A program made the position numbers and the translations under genes. From assembly GCA_002104945.1 (NCBI GenBank), contig MCFH01000022.1, positions 744,001 through 808,000 of the forward strand: a stretch of 64,000 bases of DNA. The letters are read 5' to 3'. Positions 61,821 to 64,000 of the stretch are shown here, piece by piece. Position 1 is the first letter of the stretch, and the number at the start of each line of letters is the position of its first letter. The notes beneath the pieces were generated by a model that had not been told where the DNA came from, did no database searches, and was given only the letters and a program-made list of their open reading frames with translations. The stretch is from Piromyces finnis finn (lineage: Eukaryota > Fungi > Neocallimastigomycota).

Positions 61821-62061
61821 TTCCTTGGAAAATCAATGTTTCAAAAAAAACAACCCTCTTTCGCTGTTACGCACGGAGACCTTGAAAGAGGGTCGTTCAA
61901 TTCCATGAGCTTAGTTCTAATAGTATTTCCCAAAAAAGACTAACCAAACATCTATTGCACAATGCTTGGATTTATTTCTACTCGCTCAGCACCATGAACA
62001 TGAGTAAAGTCCCTTGAGAAACTTCATTTATTAAACTAAATGAAGGCATGTTCCCAAGGAA
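61821..62061. ncRNA. Candidate structured non-coding element (~240 nt) of unknown family
   Basis: End-to-end stem TTCCTTGG/CCAAGGAA, internal stem ACCCTCTTTC/GAAAGAGGGT, hairpin CTTCATTTA/TAAATGAAG. GC-enriched, with no ORF found. Confidence 0.3.
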
Positions 62062-62205
62062 AAGGAATGTTATTATTAACACCAATATATTTCCTCAATT
62101 AAAAGCAATTTATGGATTTATTGATTAAAGATCGTCAAGTAAGCAAGTTGAAAAAATACAAAACATATTACTTTTAAAAATTTCAAATAAAATAAAGGAA
62201 TAAAA

Positions 62206-62236
<31 letters not shown>

Positions 62237-62789
62237 ATTATGAACCACTTTCCTATTTTGTTTTTATTCTTATTTACTGCAACTTTTTTTTTTTTTTTAA
62301 TAAATAATACACTTTAAATTTTTATACCTCTACATATATATTTTTTCTAATTGATAAATTATTTTTTATCTTTTATTTTTTATATAAGATTAGGAGGAGG
62401 ATAGAATGTTTCTTTTTTTTTTTGTTTACAAAAAATATTAATATGACTTTTTACATGTGTAAATTAATTATTATTAATAAATAATAGTTTATGTGATGTT
62501 TGTTTGCTTGTTTAATTAAGATATCATTAATATTCATTATTAAATGAAATAATATTTAAATTTTAAATTCAAAAAAAAAAAAAAAAAAAATACAAAATTT
62601 GATGAATAAACTTTAAAAAAAATACATAGTATTTAAAACTTAAAAATTAAATGGATATTTATTAATAAATATCTTTAATTTTTATATATATAAATAAGTT
62701 TTATATTATAGAGTATCATTAAATAAATTCAATTATTTAATTAATACTAATAATTATGAATAGTATTAAAAAAAAAATTGCTCTCAAAT

Positions 62790-64000
62790 TTATTTAAATC
62801 CCTTAATAAATGGATTACCATGAATTTGAGATGATGAATAATTAGTTTTAATGCATGGTGGAACAAGTACATTTTTATTTTGAACAAGGTATCTTTCAAT
62901 AAAATCTGGAGTTGGAGAAGCTGTTCGACTTAATGGTGGAGATGGGTATATAGTATTCCTAACAGGATAAGCACAAATATTTTGACGAACAACAGATTGT
63001 GGTTTTACATTATTTATTTTTGGAAAAAATAAAACAGATTGATTTGATGTAGTTGAACCCTTTGGAATAACAGTTGATCCTTGGAAAGGAGGAATAGGCA
63101 TGGATGGATGATTTACTGGAATGTTGATTAAAGTAGATTGAGAAGATTGATTTTTGATGACTCTAGACATTGGAAGATTGGGCAAAAGTTGGGATGGTTT
63201 GACGGCTTGAACATTTTGTGGCATCATAGGGATAACTTGAGGCTTTGAAGGGTTTCTTACCATAAAATGATTTTTGGTTTGGCGAACCTTGGATGGGGTT
63301 AATGGGGAATAGATTGCAGTATTTGAATTTGGATGAGCCAAAGTAGTAGTGAAAGAGGAAGAGGAGGATGAGGTAGTAAAGAAAGGATTTGGGGATAAAT
63401 TGTAAGAAACAACAGGTGGCATAGCAACCTTTGGTTGCTTTCTTTGTTCGTATTTTAAAGTTAAGTCACGGCTAACATTTTTTATCAACTTTAACCAATC
63501 CTTATAATTACTTTCAGAAACATAAAGTCTGAATGAAATAGCGACTAAACCTTTCATTTCCAATTCATTTAAATGTTTTAATGAAATGTTGGTAACATTA
63601 GCCCAAACTGTATTTGAGTAACGATCATCACTAATGAATTTATTTGCCATCATAAAAGCAACAGGAATAATTTCTTCATAACTCCATTGGTTCAAGAATT
63701 TTCCTTCTGGGGTTTGGCTAGCTTCCTTCAATCTATAAATGTATTCTAAAGCGAGAATAACGGAGGAAAAGGAAATTTGAGTAATTTTAAGTAAATGATC
63801 AACATAATCAATTAATTTTGAATAATTATTTTTTAATTCTCCTCGGCAAGAACGACTACAAGCCTTTAAAATTTGAGTTTCAAAATCTTTTGGATCAACT
63901 TGTGCTTCATTTTTTAAAGCGACTTTTTTCTTTTCAACATCAATACCAGCAGTGTTTAATACTGGCTCATTTTTTAAGGTTGCTTGTTCTTGGAATATTT
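62790..64000 (-). CDS. Second Pho80/Pcl-family cyclin, 5' end outside the window
   Basis: The frame stays open to the window edge: LIDYVDHLLKITQISFSSVILALEYIYRL…VAFMMANKFISDDRYSNTVWANVTNISLKHLNELEMKGLVAISFRLYVS, followed by a Pro/Ser/Gln-rich tail. Confidence 0.88.
   Translation of the reverse strand, partial: IFQEQATLKNEPVLNTAGIDVEKKKVALKNEAQVDPKDFETQILKACSRSCRGELKNNYSKLIDYVDHLLKITQISFSSVILALEYIYRLKEASQTPEGKFLNQWSYEEIIPVAFMMANKFISDDRYSNTVWANVTNISLKHLNELEMKGLVAISFRLYVSESNYKDWLKLIKNVSRDLTLKYEQRKQPKVAMPPVVSYNLSPNPFFTTSSSSSSFTTTLAHPNSNTAIYSPLTPSKVRQTKNHFMVRNPSKPQVIPMMPQNVQAVKPSQLLPNLPMSRVIKNQSSQSTLINIPVNHPSMPIPPFQGSTVIPKGSTTSNQSVLFFPKINNVKPQSVVRQNICAYPVRNTIYPSPPLSRTASPTPDFIERYLVQNKNVLVPPCIKTNYSSSQIHGNPFIKGFK

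Noticed and set aside
61855-62020. CAGCGAAAG (fungal TPP-riboswitch-like, minus strand) and AAAGTCCC (MRP CR-I-like, plus strand)
   Set aside because: The partner motifs are missing: CTGAGA and ACYTGAT/GGATAAT for TPP, and the complementary P4 3' strand for MRP.

Overview
This is eukaryotic, extremely AT-rich, intron-containing genomic DNA. Its style and content (homopolymer and AAT tracts, short AT-rich GT-AG introns, flagellar genes, a bacterial-type gene carrying introns) fit an anaerobic gut fungus (Neocallimastigomycota); that assignment is inference. The ORF track fragments the spliced genes and often starts at TTG, so I rebuilt gene models by hand from splice sites. In order: a complete axonemal outer-arm dynein heavy chain (DNAH5/8-like, -); CCDC61/VFL3 (-); a GC-enriched structured ~250-bp element between 13-bp direct repeats; a protein with W-rich repeats and a ParB/Srx-like C-terminus (+); CGI121 (-); RPN10 (+); casein kinase I (-); a bacterial-type phosphoribosyltransferase with 7 introns (+); a degenerate ABCA transporter (-); a decayed Ty1/copia remnant; an Asn-rich Pho80/Pcl-like cyclin (-); a decayed LINE with a nested insertion; a second structured GC island; and a second Pho80/Pcl-like cyclin running off the right edge. 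I found no rRNA, tRNA or CRISPR array. The best leads are the two unexplained structured islands, the ParB-like repeat protein, the doubly degenerate ABCA and the intron-rich, probably horizontally acquired PRTase.
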